DNA of 64,000 bases from an uncultured Acidimicrobiia bacterium (GCA_964196325.1 CAXMST010000099.1:4367-68366), one strand, 5' to 3'; shown: positions 7,897 to 17,346, numbered from the stretch's first letter. Made by a program: numbers and translations. The notes: generated from the letters alone by a model not told the origin.

Positions 7897-9451
7897 TTCG
7901 GTGCCGGCGGTCGCCCCGCAGGGAAGCGATGCGCTGCACGGGCCCGCTGGGCCAGCGCACCTCGATCTCGCCGGCGGCAACGGCGGGCCCCAGGCCGAAG
8001 TGCAGGGTCGATTCCCCGGCGCGGCACTCGACGGTGCGCCACTGCCGCCGACCTTCCGCCTCGAGGGTGACGGTCGCGCCACAGGCCTGCCGGGGCGAGG
8101 CGCGGCCGATCAGCTCCAGCTCGAGCCAGTGATTGGAGGCGGGTGCGCGATTCTCGAGCAGCAACGGCTCGCCACCGAGCTGGGCGACCAGCAAGTCTAC
8201 GTCCCCGTCACGGTCCCAGTCGGCCGGCGCCACGGCCCGGCCCGACCCGGGCGCCGGCACCCGGCGTTCCTCGAAGAAGCCCGATCCGTCGTTCAGAAAC
8301 AGCGCGTCGTCCCGATCCTCGACGTCGCGGCCGAGCGCACCGCCCGCGGAGTAGGCATCGAGGTCACCGTCGTTGTCGAAGTCGGCCAGCGCCACGCCCC
8401 AGGTGATCGAGGGAGAGCCGTCGGGGTTGGTCTCGCGGCCGAAGCCGAGCTGCTCGGCCCGATCGGAGAAGCCCCCGCCCGCGTCCTGCAGGAGCAGCGC
8501 CTCGCGGCCGATGTCGCTGACGACGAGGTCGGGTAGCTGGTTGCCGTCGACGTCCCCTGCGGCGACGCCCATCGTGAAGCGCGAGATCCCCGCGCCGCTG
8601 ACGGCCGAGAGGTCCTCGAATCGCGGGGCCGCCGAGCTCAGGAGGGCGTTGGCGTCCCCATCGAGATCGTCGTTGCCGAGGTAGAGCTCCTGGGCCCCGT
8701 CGGCGTCCGCGTCGAACCAGATCGCGTCCAGGGTGGCGCCGGCGCTCGGCTCTCCCAGCGCCCCGCTGACGTCGTCGAAGCGCCCGTCACCGAGACCGCG
8801 GTAGAGCTGGTTGGGGGCTGGCGGCGGCTCATCCTCGCAGCTGTCGCCGTGAGTGGCCAGCAGGTCAAGGTTCCCGTCACCGTCGTAGTCGGACCAGCTC
8901 ACAGCGGTCGTCGGCGCCCGAGGGGGCCCGAGGTCCGCCGGAGCGGAGAGCGGGTCGGCGCTCGGGGCGAGCTGGAGCGGACGGATCCCGAACGAGCCCG
9001 AGCCGTCGTTGTCGAGGAGCCGGCCCCCGCCCGCCGCGGTCCCGACGTAGAGGTCGAGGTCGCCATCGTTGTCGTGATCGGAGAACGCGGCGGCCGTCGC
9101 CACTCCGAGCTCGCGCAGACCGGCGCGGGCGGCGGCCTCACGGAAGCGCCCGGAATCGGTCTGCAGCCAGAGCTGGCTGCCGCCATCCTGACGCGGCAGG
9201 AACAGGTCGAGGTTTCCGTCGCCGTTTACATCTCCCCAGGCCGCCCCGGCCGCGTTGTATCCGCAGCTGCCGATCGCGGGCTGGGTCGTGCGCAGGCCGT
9301 GCCGGGCGGCGACGTCTTCGAACGCGTCGCTCACAGCCGCCACAGAACTTGCGCCGGAGCTCACAAGACCGTGGATGCTGAGTACGAGCAGCACGGCCCC
9401 TGCGAGAACTGCGAGGGTCAGTGGGAGGGACGGCCGCTGCCGCCGGCTCAT
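7880..9451 (-). CDS. CRTAC1-family protein (FG-GAP/VCBS repeats plus ASPIC/UnbV C-terminal domain), signal-anchored
   Basis: Repeated D-x-D/N-G-D-G-x-LD-L calcium-type repeats (DVNGDGNLDLF, DHDNDGDLDLY, DYDGDGNLDLL, DFDNDGDLDAY, DWDRDGDVDLL). UnbV-like tail NHWLELELIG...VECRAGES. N-terminal hydrophobic anchor. Confidence 0.8.
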   Translation of the reverse strand: MSRRQRPSLPLTLAVLAGAVLLVLSIHGLVSSGASSVAAVSDAFEDVAARHGLRTTQPAIGSCGYNAAGAAWGDVNGDGNLDLFLPRQDGGSQLWLQTDSGRFREAAARAGLRELGVATAAAFSDHDNDGDLDLYVGTAAGGGRLLDNDGSGSFGIRPLQLAPSADPLSAPADLGPPRAPTTAVSWSDYDGDGNLDLLATHGDSCEDEPPPAPNQLYRGLGDGRFDDVSGALGEPSAGATLDAIWFDADADGAQELYLGNDDLDGDANALLSSAAPRFEDLSAVSGAGISRFTMGVAAGDVDGNQLPDLVVSDIGREALLLQDAGGGFSDRAEQLGFGRETNPDGSPSITWGVALADFDNDGDLDAYSAGGALGRDVEDRDDALFLNDGSGFFEERRVPAPGSGRAVAPADWDRDGDVDLLVAQLGGEPLLLENRAPASNHWLELELIGRASPRQACGATVTLEAEGRRQWRTVECRAGESTLHFGLGPAVAAGEIEVRWPSGPVQRIASLRGDRRHRISEPR

Positions 9452-9873
9452 CGGCGATCGCGGGCCAGGTAGGCGCCGAGCGCCAAGCCGACCAAGCCTC
9501 CAGCCAGCACCTCACCGTCGACGCCCCCCGGCTGATCGGGGATGAAGGTGCTACCGAGATCGAAGTCGGCCGCGGCGATGATCGCCCAGCCCACCAACAC
9601 CGCCAGCGCGCCGATCGCTGTGGCGAGCACCAGGGCGCGGCGGCGCCCCTCAGCGCCACCCTCGAAGTGGAGCAGCAGGCCCGGCGCGAGGGCCGCGAGC
9701 GGCGGCGCCAGGTGGTAGGTCTTGCCTGTTAGCCCGGTGAGCAGCACCCAGGCCGCGACGACCGTGGCGGCCGCCGCGGCTCCCACCAGCAGCGCCCGAC
9801 TGGTGCCCCAGGCAGCCCGGGGGTCAGATCGAGCTGCGGTCGAGGCGGAGTGCTCGGGTGGGGCCATCCGCAA
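9448..9873 (-). CDS. Hypothetical integral membrane protein
   Basis: Several hydrophobic helices. ATGA overlap with the downstream CRTAC1 gene suggests co-translation. No recognisable family. Confidence 0.5.
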   Translation of the reverse strand: MRMAPPEHSASTAARSDPRAAWGTSRALLVGAAAAATVVAAWVLLTGLTGKTYHLAPPLAALAPGLLLHFEGGAEGRRRALVLATAIGALAVLVGWAIIAAADFDLGSTFIPDQPGGVDGEVLAGGLVGLALGAYLARDRR

Positions 9874-9972
9874 TCAGACCCGGCCAGGGCGTCGGAGGTT
9901 CGCGCTCTGAACCTCGGCGCGTGGATCAGGGTCTGATCGCAAGCGTGGGTGACGGCACACAGAAGGGGACGA

Positions 9973-10509
9973 ATGTCGGAGCGGAGCAAAGAGGCGATCA
10001 AGTTGGGCGATCTGGTCGTGCAACGACCCGGCGGTGAGCAGGTGCCGATCGGCGAGCTGGTCGAGGGGCCGACGATCTTGGTGATCCCGCGCTACTACGG
10101 CTGCTTGCCGTGTCGCGACTATCTGCAACAGGTCTCGAGCAGGTACGAGCAGGTCGAGGCCGCCGGCGGCGCCGCGATCGGGATTTCGGTGGGGTCTGAC
10201 AAGCAGGCGCGCTGGCTGCGCGAGGAGCGCGGCATCGCCTTTCCACTTCTGGTCGATCCCGAGCGCCGGCTTCACGAGGCGCTGGAACTGCCCCGCAAGT
10301 GGTGGGTCGGGCTCAACCCGCGCGGCTGGGCCACCTACGCCAAGGCGCTATCCCGTGGCGAGCGCCAAGGAGCGATTCTCGATCCGAACCAGCTGCCCGG
10401 GCTGGCCCTGCTCGACTCCACCGCGACGGCCCGAACCGTCTACCGCGGCCGCGCATTGGGAGATTACCCGCCGCTCGACGAGGTGCTCGAGGAGCTACCG
10501 CGGGTGTAG
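9973..10509 (+). CDS. Peroxiredoxin-like (AhpC/TSA, redoxin-fold) protein
   Basis: Start moved to the ATG preceded by GAAGGGGA. Thioredoxin-fold pattern LVIPRYYGCLPCRDYL...FPLLVDP. Confidence 0.7.
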   Translation: MSERSKEAIKLGDLVVQRPGGEQVPIGELVEGPTILVIPRYYGCLPCRDYLQQVSSRYEQVEAAGGAAIGISVGSDKQARWLREERGIAFPLLVDPERRLHEALELPRKWWVGLNPRGWATYAKALSRGERQGAILDPNQLPGLALLDSTATARTVYRGRALGDYPPLDEVLEELPRV

Positions 10510-10549
10510 GTGAGGACTCGGCGAATCGAGGAGGACCGGACGGGGGGTC

Positions 10550-10830
10550 CTAGCGCTTGCTGATCTCGACTCGGTTGATCGCTGGGCCCGGATCGACGTT
10601 GCCCGCCAAGTCCGTGGCCCGAGCCTTGAGCTTGTGCCGGCGGCGAAGGCTGAGCTGTGCGCCTGACCCTTGCTGGATGCGCGACTCAGCCGCGCTCATC
10701 CACCGCCGGTCGCGTCGGTGGCGTCCGTAACCGCGTCGGTGGCGCTCTCGTCGTCACCGCAGGCGCTGACGCCGATCGCGCCCACCCCGAGTACGGCGGC
10801 GGCCAACAGCGCGCCAAGTCTCTTCTTCAT
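10550..10830 (-). pseudogene. Possible decayed lipoprotein gene, split into two tiny ORFs joined by an ATGA overlap: a 44-aa lipoprotein signal ORF (10696..10830) and a 49-aa ORF (10550..10699)
   Basis: ORF-a is MKKRLGALLAAAVLGVGAIGVSACGDDESATDAVTDATDATGGG, a perfect lipobox. ORF-b ends ...HKLKARATDLAGNVDPGPAINRVEISKR, which looks like the last strands of an Ig-like extracellular repeat. Both are below the track length cut-off. Confidence 0.3.
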
Positions 10831-10906
10831 CACAACGTCACCACTTTCTTCGACAACTCGGCCATCCAATCACAAACGCCGCCCCCCGCGGCTGCCGAGG
10901 TAGCGA

Positions 10907-10979
10907 TGGCGAGGCCCGGAATCGAACCGGGGACACCACGATTTTCAGTCGTGTGCTCTACCAACTGAGCTACCTCGCC
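10907..10979 (-). tRNA. tRNA-Phe (anticodon GAA)
   Basis: Folded by hand. Acceptor GGCGAGG/CCTCGCC, D stem GCTC/GAGC, anticodon stem CACGA/TCGTG with loop CTGAAAA, T arm CCCGG-TTCGATT-CCGGG, discriminator A. CCA is not encoded. Confidence 0.95.
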
Positions 10980-11007
10980 TGGGCCCAGGCTGCTGGGGGC
11001 GGTAAGG

Positions 11008-11496
11008 CTAGCGTTCCGTAGCGGCTTCGAGGGCTCGAGCGACCGCATCTGCGGGATCGCTGGCGGCGACCACTCCGGGAGCGTCCGCCATCTGCCCACG
11101 GCCGCTGAGCTGCCATGAGTCGAGCGTGAACACGGGCCGCTCCAAGCGCCGGGCGAAACCGATCTCGGTCAGGGTGCCCCACTCCCCGCCGAGCGCGATC
11201 ACCGCGTCCGCGGAGCTGACCACGGCGAGGTTGCGCGCGTTGCCGATTCCGGTCGCCACGACGTGGGTCAGGTGCTCGTTGCCGCCGTCGAGATCGCTCT
11301 CCATCAGTACGCCGATCACCACTCCCCCGGCTTTGCTGGCGGCCTCCGAGACGGCGCTCATGATGCCCATCCGACCGCCGCAGACGACGACCGCGCCGGC
11401 TTCGGCCAAGAGCCGCCCCACCTCGGCCGCCGCGGCATCGAGCTCCGGGTCGGAGCGGGCCGAGCCGCAGACCGCGATCTGGGTGCGTCGCGGCAA
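11008..11496 (-). CDS. TIGR00725-family (LOG/SLOG-like Rossmann) protein
   Basis: IAVCGSA...VVCGGRMGIMSAVSEAA...GNARNLAVVSSADAVIALGGEWGTLTEIGFA matches the TIGR00725 / lysine-decarboxylase-like pattern. Confidence 0.75.
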   Translation of the reverse strand: MPRRTQIAVCGSARSDPELDAAAAEVGRLLAEAGAVVVCGGRMGIMSAVSEAASKAGGVVIGVLMESDLDGGNEHLTHVVATGIGNARNLAVVSSADAVIALGGEWGTLTEIGFARRLERPVFTLDSWQLSGRGQMADAPGVVAASDPADAVARALEAATER

Positions 11497-11501
11497 GGCG
11501 G

Positions 11502-12167
11502 CTAGATCTCGCCCAGAAGCTCGCGCTTCTCCTGCTCGAACTCCGCCTCGCTGAGGGCGCCGCTCTCCCGCAGTTTGGCGAGGCGCTCGAGCTTCTCGAG
11601 CGGGTCGGCTGCGGCCCCGGTGGCTCCAGTGGCGGCGCCGGTCTGGCCCTTCGCGGCGGTGTGCTCCTGGACCACCTGCATGATCCGAGCGGCCATCGCG
11701 GGATCGCCCGAGACGTCGATCGACTGCTCGGTGCCCGGCTCGAGCGAGTGGCCGACCACCTGCTCGAGCTTCGCGCGAAGCTCGGGATCGTTGCGGGCGT
11801 CGACCACCTGCTGGCCGCCCACGCCGGCAGCGGCGCCGACCGGCGGCTGGGCCGCGAGCTGCTCGCGGCGCGTCTGCTTCTCGTTCGCGCGCTCGACCCT
11901 CGCCGCCTCCCAGTCGATCGCGACCCGGTCCGGCTTATCGGCGTCCACCTTGACCGGGACCTCGATGCCGAAACCCAGCGTGTCCTTGCGCGAGACCATC
12001 CACTGGCCCTCGACCTCGTATGGAGAGAGACCCTCGACGTAAACCTCGAGGGTCAGGCGCAGGTTCTGCGACCCCGCGTTGCGCTCGGGGGTCTGCATCG
12101 CCGTGATCCGGGCGCGGCCGGGGCGGCCCTTCTTGAGGATCTTTCGGTGGGTGAGCGGGTTGATCAT
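11502..12167 (-). CDS. SHOCT-domain protein
   Basis: C-terminal LEKLERLAKLRESGALSEAEFEQEKRELL is a canonical SHOCT motif. The N-terminal beta-rich domain has an unknown family. Confidence 0.65.
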   Translation of the reverse strand: MINPLTHRKILKKGRPGRARITAMQTPERNAGSQNLRLTLEVYVEGLSPYEVEGQWMVSRKDTLGFGIEVPVKVDADKPDRVAIDWEAARVERANEKQTRREQLAAQPPVGAAAGVGGQQVVDARNDPELRAKLEQVVGHSLEPGTEQSIDVSGDPAMAARIMQVVQEHTAAKGQTGAATGATGAAADPLEKLERLAKLRESGALSEAEFEQEKRELLGEI

Positions 12168-12200
12168 CGGCGAACCTCCGGGCTGAGTCGGGCGCCGACT

Positions 12201-14561
12201 CTACTCCTGATCCGGGCGCCCCGCGTGAGCCAGCATCGCGCCCATCAACTCGATCGCGGCGGCCTTGTGGAGGTGCTCGTTCAGGTTCCCGCACTTTGGG
12301 CTCTGCACGCACGAGGGACAGCCAGATTCGCAGCGGCACTCGGCCACCAGCCGGGCCGCGTCGGCCACCAGGCGCTCGAACTGCTCGAAGCCGCGGCGGC
12401 TGATCCCGACCCCTCCCGGGTAGCCGTCATAGATGAAGATCGTCGGCTTGCCGGTCTGGTAGTGGACGTTGGTGGAGAGGCCGCCGATGTCCCAGCGGTC
12501 GCACATCGCCAGCAGCGGCAGGACCGCGATCTGGCAGTGCTCTGAGGCATGCAAGGCGCCGATCTGGGTCTCGCCCGGTAAGGCCTGCTGCCCGGCCAGC
12601 TCGTCCGGCAGCACGTACCACAGAGCCTGGGTCCGGAAGGTCTGCTCCGGCAGATCGAGTGCCACGAAGTCGAACGCCTCGTGGTCGCCCAACCGTTTGC
12701 GCTGGAAGGCAACGACCTGCTCGGTCACGCCGACCAGGCCAAAGCTGAGCTCGACCCCGAGCGTGCTACGCACCTCGGCCGGCCGCTCGATGTAGATGTC
12801 GGTCTCCCTGCGGGCCTGCGTGTAGAAGTCGCCCCCGAAGGGCTGAACCACCGCGCGACGCAGATCGAGATCGAGCTCCCGCACCTCGAAGGCGCGTCCC
12901 ATGTGCAGGTAGACGGCGCCCGGATGGACCGTCGAGAAGGCGCGCTCAGCCTCAACCGTGCCAAGCAGCTCACCGGAATCAACGTCGAGAACGGTGACCG
13001 AGTCCGCGGAGGCTGACCGGAGCCCGGCCCACGATGCCGGGAAGCCCGGGCCCCGGACGCCGAACTTGCCGTTCGCGCCGGCCCGCATCAGACCCGCCTC
13101 GACCAGCTGCTCAGCTCGCCCCCGCCAGCCGGCACCCAGCGTGGCGTCGTCGTTGGGGCCGCCGAGCGGTGCCTCGTAGGCGGCGGCCAGCAGGTGCGAG
13201 GACTGGATCCGCTCGTTGGTGTGGTCCAGGATCGCCGCCTCCACGGGTCGCGTAAGGAACTCCGTCGGGTGGCGGCAGAAGAACTGATCGAGTCCGTCCT
13301 CCCCGGCCATGTAGATCGCCAGCCCCTCGGTCCGGCGCCCGGCTCGGCCCCACATTTGGCGCAGGCTGGCGACCGTGCCCGGGAAGGTGACGCAGAGCGC
13401 CGCATCGAGCTCCCCGATGTCGATCCCGAGCTCGAGGGCGTCGGTCGCGACAACCGCGAGCAACTCGCCCGCGGCCAGCCGGGCCTCGACCGCGCGCCGC
13501 TGCTGCGGCGTATACCCCGCCCGGTAGGGCGCGATCCGGTCCGCCAGCTCGGGGTGGCCCCGCTCCTGCAGGCGCAGCGAAGTGAAGCGCTGGATCAACT
13601 CGATCCCCTTGCGGCTGCGCAGAAAGCAGATCGTGCGCACGCCGCTGATCACGAGCTCGGCCAGCATCTCGGCCGCCTCGGTCAGGGCCGAGCGGCGCAG
13701 CCCCAGCGCCTCGTCGCTGAGCGGTGGATTCCAGATCGCGATCCGGCGCCCGGCCCGGGGCGCCGCGTCGTCGTCGACCAGCTCGAACGGGGTCCCGACC
13801 AGACGCTCGGCGAGCTCGGTGGGGTTGGCGATCGTCGCGGAGGTGAGGATCAGTCGTGGCTCGCCGTCGGGACCGCGGTAGATGCGGCTGATCCGGCGCA
13901 GGCGGCGCAGGACGTTGGCGACGTTCGAGCCGAAGACGCCACGGTAGACGTGGGCCTCGTCGAGGACGACGTAGCGCAGGTTGATGAAGAAGTCGCCCCA
14001 ACTCTTGTGGTGGGGCAGGATCCCGACGTGCAGCATGTCGGGATTGGTCAGCAGCACGTTGGCCCGCCGCCGGATCGCCCGCCGCTCCTCCTTGGGCGTA
14101 TCGCCGTCATAGATCGCAGGCCGCAGGCCCGGTGGCGCCAGCTCACCAAGCTTTCGGGCCTGATCCTGAGCCAACGCCTTGGTCGGGTAGATGTAGAGCG
14201 CCCGCGCGTGCTCGTCGCGGGCCAGCGCATCGAGCACGGGGAGGTTGAACGCGAGCGACTTGCCCGAGGCGGTTCCGCTGGTCACGATCACGTTCGATGA
14301 CTCGGCCGCGCGCAGGGCCGCGAGCTGGTGCGCGTAGAGGCTCTCGATCCCGGTCGAGCGCAGCGCATCGACCAGCTCGGGGGCGAGACTCGAGGGGAAG
14401 GGGACGGTGACCGCCTCCTGCTCGCGCTCGGCGCTCTCGGCGACCAGCCTGCCGTCGGCGCGGCCGGGATCCAGCGCCGCCCGCCAGCCCTCATCGATCA
14501 CCGAGCCCCAGGGCAGCTCGGTTCCAGCCTCAGCCACCGGACGCCCCGACGCGCGAGCCAT
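12201..14561 (-). CDS. DEAD/DEAH-box helicase with C-terminal DUF1998 (MZB) zinc domain, YprA/MrfA-like
   Basis: Walker A TSGTASGKSL, DEAH box VLDEAH, motif VI-like QMWGRAGRR, and a C-terminal four-Cys module CRCESGCPSCVQSPKCGN. Start set at the internal ATG (MARASGRP), which overlaps the folP end by 32 nt. The longer track ORF start is Arg/Ser junk. Confidence 0.88.
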   Translation of the reverse strand: MARASGRPVAEAGTELPWGSVIDEGWRAALDPGRADGRLVAESAEREQEAVTVPFPSSLAPELVDALRSTGIESLYAHQLAALRAAESSNVIVTSGTASGKSLAFNLPVLDALARDEHARALYIYPTKALAQDQARKLGELAPPGLRPAIYDGDTPKEERRAIRRRANVLLTNPDMLHVGILPHHKSWGDFFINLRYVVLDEAHVYRGVFGSNVANVLRRLRRISRIYRGPDGEPRLILTSATIANPTELAERLVGTPFELVDDDAAPRAGRRIAIWNPPLSDEALGLRRSALTEAAEMLAELVISGVRTICFLRSRKGIELIQRFTSLRLQERGHPELADRIAPYRAGYTPQQRRAVEARLAAGELLAVVATDALELGIDIGELDAALCVTFPGTVASLRQMWGRAGRRTEGLAIYMAGEDGLDQFFCRHPTEFLTRPVEAAILDHTNERIQSSHLLAAAYEAPLGGPNDDATLGAGWRGRAEQLVEAGLMRAGANGKFGVRGPGFPASWAGLRSASADSVTVLDVDSGELLGTVEAERAFSTVHPGAVYLHMGRAFEVRELDLDLRRAVVQPFGGDFYTQARRETDIYIERPAEVRSTLGVELSFGLVGVTEQVVAFQRKRLGDHEAFDFVALDLPEQTFRTQALWYVLPDELAGQQALPGETQIGALHASEHCQIAVLPLLAMCDRWDIGGLSTNVHYQTGKPTIFIYDGYPGGVGISRRGFEQFERLVADAARLVAECRCESGCPSCVQSPKCGNLNEHLHKAAAIELMGAMLAHAGRPDQE

Positions 14562-15402
14562 GAGCGATGGCCCCGGCGACCCGGACGGCGTCCAGGCCCT
14601 CGACGTCATGCAGCCGATGGATCTCCGCCCCCGCGACCGCGGCCAGGGCCGCCGCAGCGAACGTGCCGGGGCCGCGCTCGCCAGGATCGCGCCGGCGCTC
14701 CCAGGAGCCCGCGAGCAAGGCGCCGACGAAGTCTTTGCGTGAGAGCGACATGAAGATCGGGCGCCCGAGCTCACGGAGGGTCGGCAGCCCGGTGCCGAGG
14801 ATCTCGAGGGCGTGGTCGGTGCTCAGATCGAAGTCCAAGCCGGGGTCGATCGCGATCGCCTCGGCCGCGACCCCGAGCTCGCCGGCGCGCTCGATCCGCG
14901 CCACAAAGAACTCAGCCAGGCGGGCGACCACATCAGCGTAGGCGGGGGCGGGCCGGTTCCTGCGCGGCGGGCCCTCGATATGCATCAGCACGTAGCCGCA
15001 GCCCGCCTCGGCGACCACCGCGAGCATCTCGTCGCCGCCGCCGCCGATGTCGTTGATCACATGGGCCCCCGCCGCCAAGGCCAACCGCGCGACCTCCGGG
15101 GTGAAGGTATCGGCGCTGACCGGCACCGGCAGGCTCGCGCGAAGGCCGCGGACCGCGGGGATCAACTTGGCAGCCTCATCCTCGGCCCCGACCCGGGGGC
15201 CGCTGCGCGCGGGCACCGCACCGACATCGACGAGATCGAAGCCGGCTTCGACCAAGGCGGATCCATCCGCCACGGCGCGCTCGGGGGTTCCGCTCCGGGC
15301 GGCCTCGAACATGGAGTCGTCGGTGACGTTGACGATCGCGACGCCCAGCGGCGCCGCCGGCGTAGGCTCGAGGGTGCGATCGGCAAGGCGCCAAGCGGGC
15401 AT
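14530..15402 (-). CDS. folP: Dihydropteroate synthase (pterin-binding domain protein)
   Basis: Motifs IVNVTDDS, LVDVG, VSADTF, INDIGGG, LSRKDF and RLHDV are arranged as in DHPS. Confidence 0.8.
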   Translation of the reverse strand: MPAWRLADRTLEPTPAAPLGVAIVNVTDDSMFEAARSGTPERAVADGSALVEAGFDLVDVGAVPARSGPRVGAEDEAAKLIPAVRGLRASLPVPVSADTFTPEVARLALAAGAHVINDIGGGGDEMLAVVAEAGCGYVLMHIEGPPRRNRPAPAYADVVARLAEFFVARIERAGELGVAAEAIAIDPGLDFDLSTDHALEILGTGLPTLRELGRPIFMSLSRKDFVGALLAGSWERRRDPGERGPGTFAAAALAAVAGAEIHRLHDVEGLDAVRVAGAIAHGSRVGASGG

Positions 15403-15421
15403 TGCCGACTACGGTACCCGC

Positions 15422-16243
15422 GTGGCCCTGCGCTGCCTCTACACCGATCTCGACGGCACACTGCTGGGGAGTGGCGCTTCGCTGTTCCGCGACAGCGAAG
15501 GCGGCTTCTCCAAGGCCCAGGCCCAGATGCTCGAAGCCTGCCATCGGGTCCGGGCCGAGGTCGTGATCATGTCCGGGCGCCGTGAGGCGCAGGTGCACAG
15601 CGATTCGCGACTGATCGGCCAGACCTCCTACATCTATGAGGCCGGCTGCGCGATGGCGATCGATCGCGAGCGGACCCTGTTGACCGGGGACTGGGAGCCA
15701 AACGAGGCCGGGACCGTGGTCGAGCGAATCCTCGCCGCCGGGATCGCCGAGCTGCTCTTCTCCCACTTCGAGGGCCGCCTGGAGTGGCACGAGCCCTGGC
15801 ATACGGGTCGTGAGCTCTCGTTGCTGATGCGCGGCAAGGTCGACGTCACCGAGGCAAACCTGTTGATCGTCGAGGCCGGGCACGAGCAGCTGCGTTTCCT
15901 CGACAACGGCGCGATCACCCGGCGCATGGATGCGATCGAGCAGGCCCACGCCTACCACGTGGTCCCTGGAGAGGCGAGCAAGGCGAAGGCGGTCGCGGCG
16001 CACATGCGAGCCCGCGGGTATCTGCCGGAGGAGTGCATCGCGGCCGGGGATTCGATCGAGGACCTGGAGGTGGCGCGGCACGTCGGTCGCTTCTTCTGCG
16101 TCGCCAACGGTCCCGAGCACGACCCGGCGCTCGCGGCGGCCCTGAGCAGCTACGACAACGTGACCGTGACCGAGGGCCGGATGGGCGACGGCGTCTACGA
16201 AGGGGTGGTCTCGACACTGGCCGAGACTGGGCCGGCACTGTGA
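15422..16243 (+). CDS. HAD-superfamily hydrolase (Cof/HAD-IIB-like)
   Basis: GTG start giving VALRCLYTDLDGTLLG (HAD motif I DxDGT). Late motif AAGDSIEDLE (motif IV). The exact start is uncertain. Confidence 0.65.
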   Translation: MALRCLYTDLDGTLLGSGASLFRDSEGGFSKAQAQMLEACHRVRAEVVIMSGRREAQVHSDSRLIGQTSYIYEAGCAMAIDRERTLLTGDWEPNEAGTVVERILAAGIAELLFSHFEGRLEWHEPWHTGRELSLLMRGKVDVTEANLLIVEAGHEQLRFLDNGAITRRMDAIEQAHAYHVVPGEASKAKAVAAHMRARGYLPEECIAAGDSIEDLEVARHVGRFFCVANGPEHDPALAAALSSYDNVTVTEGRMGDGVYEGVVSTLAETGPAL

Positions 16244-17337
16244 GCGAGTGGCCACTCAACCTGGTCGACCTCGAAGCGGCCGCCGCCGAGCGCCTGACCC
16301 AGAACGCCTATGACTATTACCGCTCGGGTGCCGGCGACGAGATCACCCTGGCCCGCAACCGGAGCGCCTTCGACGAGATCCTGTTGCTGCCGCACGTCCT
16401 GTGTGACGTCTCCGATATATCGCTCGAGACGACCTTGCTGGGCAGCGAGGTAGCGATGCCCGTTGCCGTCGCGCCGACCGCCTTCCACGGCATGGCGGAC
16501 CCCGAGGCCGAGGTTGCCAGCGCCACCGGCGCGGCAGGCGCGGGTGCGCTGTTCTGCCTCTCGACGCTCTCGAACACAACGCTGGAGACGGTGGCCGAGC
16601 AGGCGCCGCCCTCGCCGCGTTGGTTCCAGCTCTACGCATTCAAGGACCGTGGCCTGACCACCGAGCTTGCGCGCCGAGCCGAGGCCGCCGGCTACGGGGC
16701 GATCGTGCTCACCGTGGACGCGCCGGTGCTGGGGAGGCGCGAGCGTGACGTACGCAACAGCTTCTCCCTGCCAGAGCCGCTGACCGTTGCCTCGGTCGCC
16801 GGTCGGGGTGCGGTCGAGGGCAAAGGGGAATCGGGACTGGCCGCCTACTTCGAGGCCCAGCTCGACCCGAGTCTGAGCTGGAGCGACGTCGAGTGGCTCG
16901 TCGGGGTCAGCGGGCTGCCGGTCGTGGTCAAAGGCGTCCATCGTGCCGACGACGCGCTGCGGGCGGTCGACTCCGGAGCCGCCGCCGTGCTCGTCTCCAA
17001 TCACGGCGCCCGTCAACTCGACACTGCGCCGGCCACGATCGAGATGCTGCCGGCAATCAGCGAGGCCATCGCCGGCCAGGTCGAGGTATTCGTCGACGGC
17101 GGCTTTCGCCGGGGCACCGACGTCCTCAAGGCCCTCTGCCTCGGCGCCCGGGGAGTACTTCTCGGCCGCCCGATTCTTTGGGGCCTGAGCCTCGGAGGAG
17201 CCGAGGGGGTTGGCCGCGTGCTCGCAACGATCGAGCGCGAGTTGCGAGAGGCGATGGCGCTCTGCGGCGCCGCCACCCCCGAACAACTCTCAAAGGAGCT
17301 GATCATGCCTCCACATCACGGCCGCGGATCCCTATAG
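16240..17337 (+). CDS. FMN-dependent alpha-hydroxy acid oxidase/dehydrogenase (L-lactate/glycolate oxidase family)
   Basis: GTGA overlap with the HAD stop. Sequence YDYYRSGAGDEITLARNRSAFDEI...FQLY...LTVDAPVLGRRERD...VVKGV...VSNHGARQLD...DGGFRRGTDVLKAL is the classic family signature. Confidence 0.85.
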   Translation: MSEWPLNLVDLEAAAAERLTQNAYDYYRSGAGDEITLARNRSAFDEILLLPHVLCDVSDISLETTLLGSEVAMPVAVAPTAFHGMADPEAEVASATGAAGAGALFCLSTLSNTTLETVAEQAPPSPRWFQLYAFKDRGLTTELARRAEAAGYGAIVLTVDAPVLGRRERDVRNSFSLPEPLTVASVAGRGAVEGKGESGLAAYFEAQLDPSLSWSDVEWLVGVSGLPVVVKGVHRADDALRAVDSGAAAVLVSNHGARQLDTAPATIEMLPAISEAIAGQVEVFVDGGFRRGTDVLKALCLGARGVLLGRPILWGLSLGGAEGVGRVLATIERELREAMALCGAATPEQLSKELIMPPHHGRGSL

Positions 17338-17346
17338 GGTCAGGCT

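Noticed and set aside
10830-11099. 89-aa minus-strand ORF
   Set aside because: It runs straight through tRNA-Phe and the 3' end of the TIGR00725 gene. It is not coding.
13111-14300. Long ORFs (296 aa minus, 368 aa plus) overlapping the helicase gene
   Set aside because: Their composition is dominated by Arg/Pro/Gly/Ala with no motifs, and they lie in alternative frames or antisense to a gene with clear helicase motifs. The same reasoning applies to 15176..16255, 16195..17286, 16893..17930, 27416..28837, 29288..30772, 37966..39123, 53678..54919, 54974..55810, 55874..56962 and similar track ORFs.
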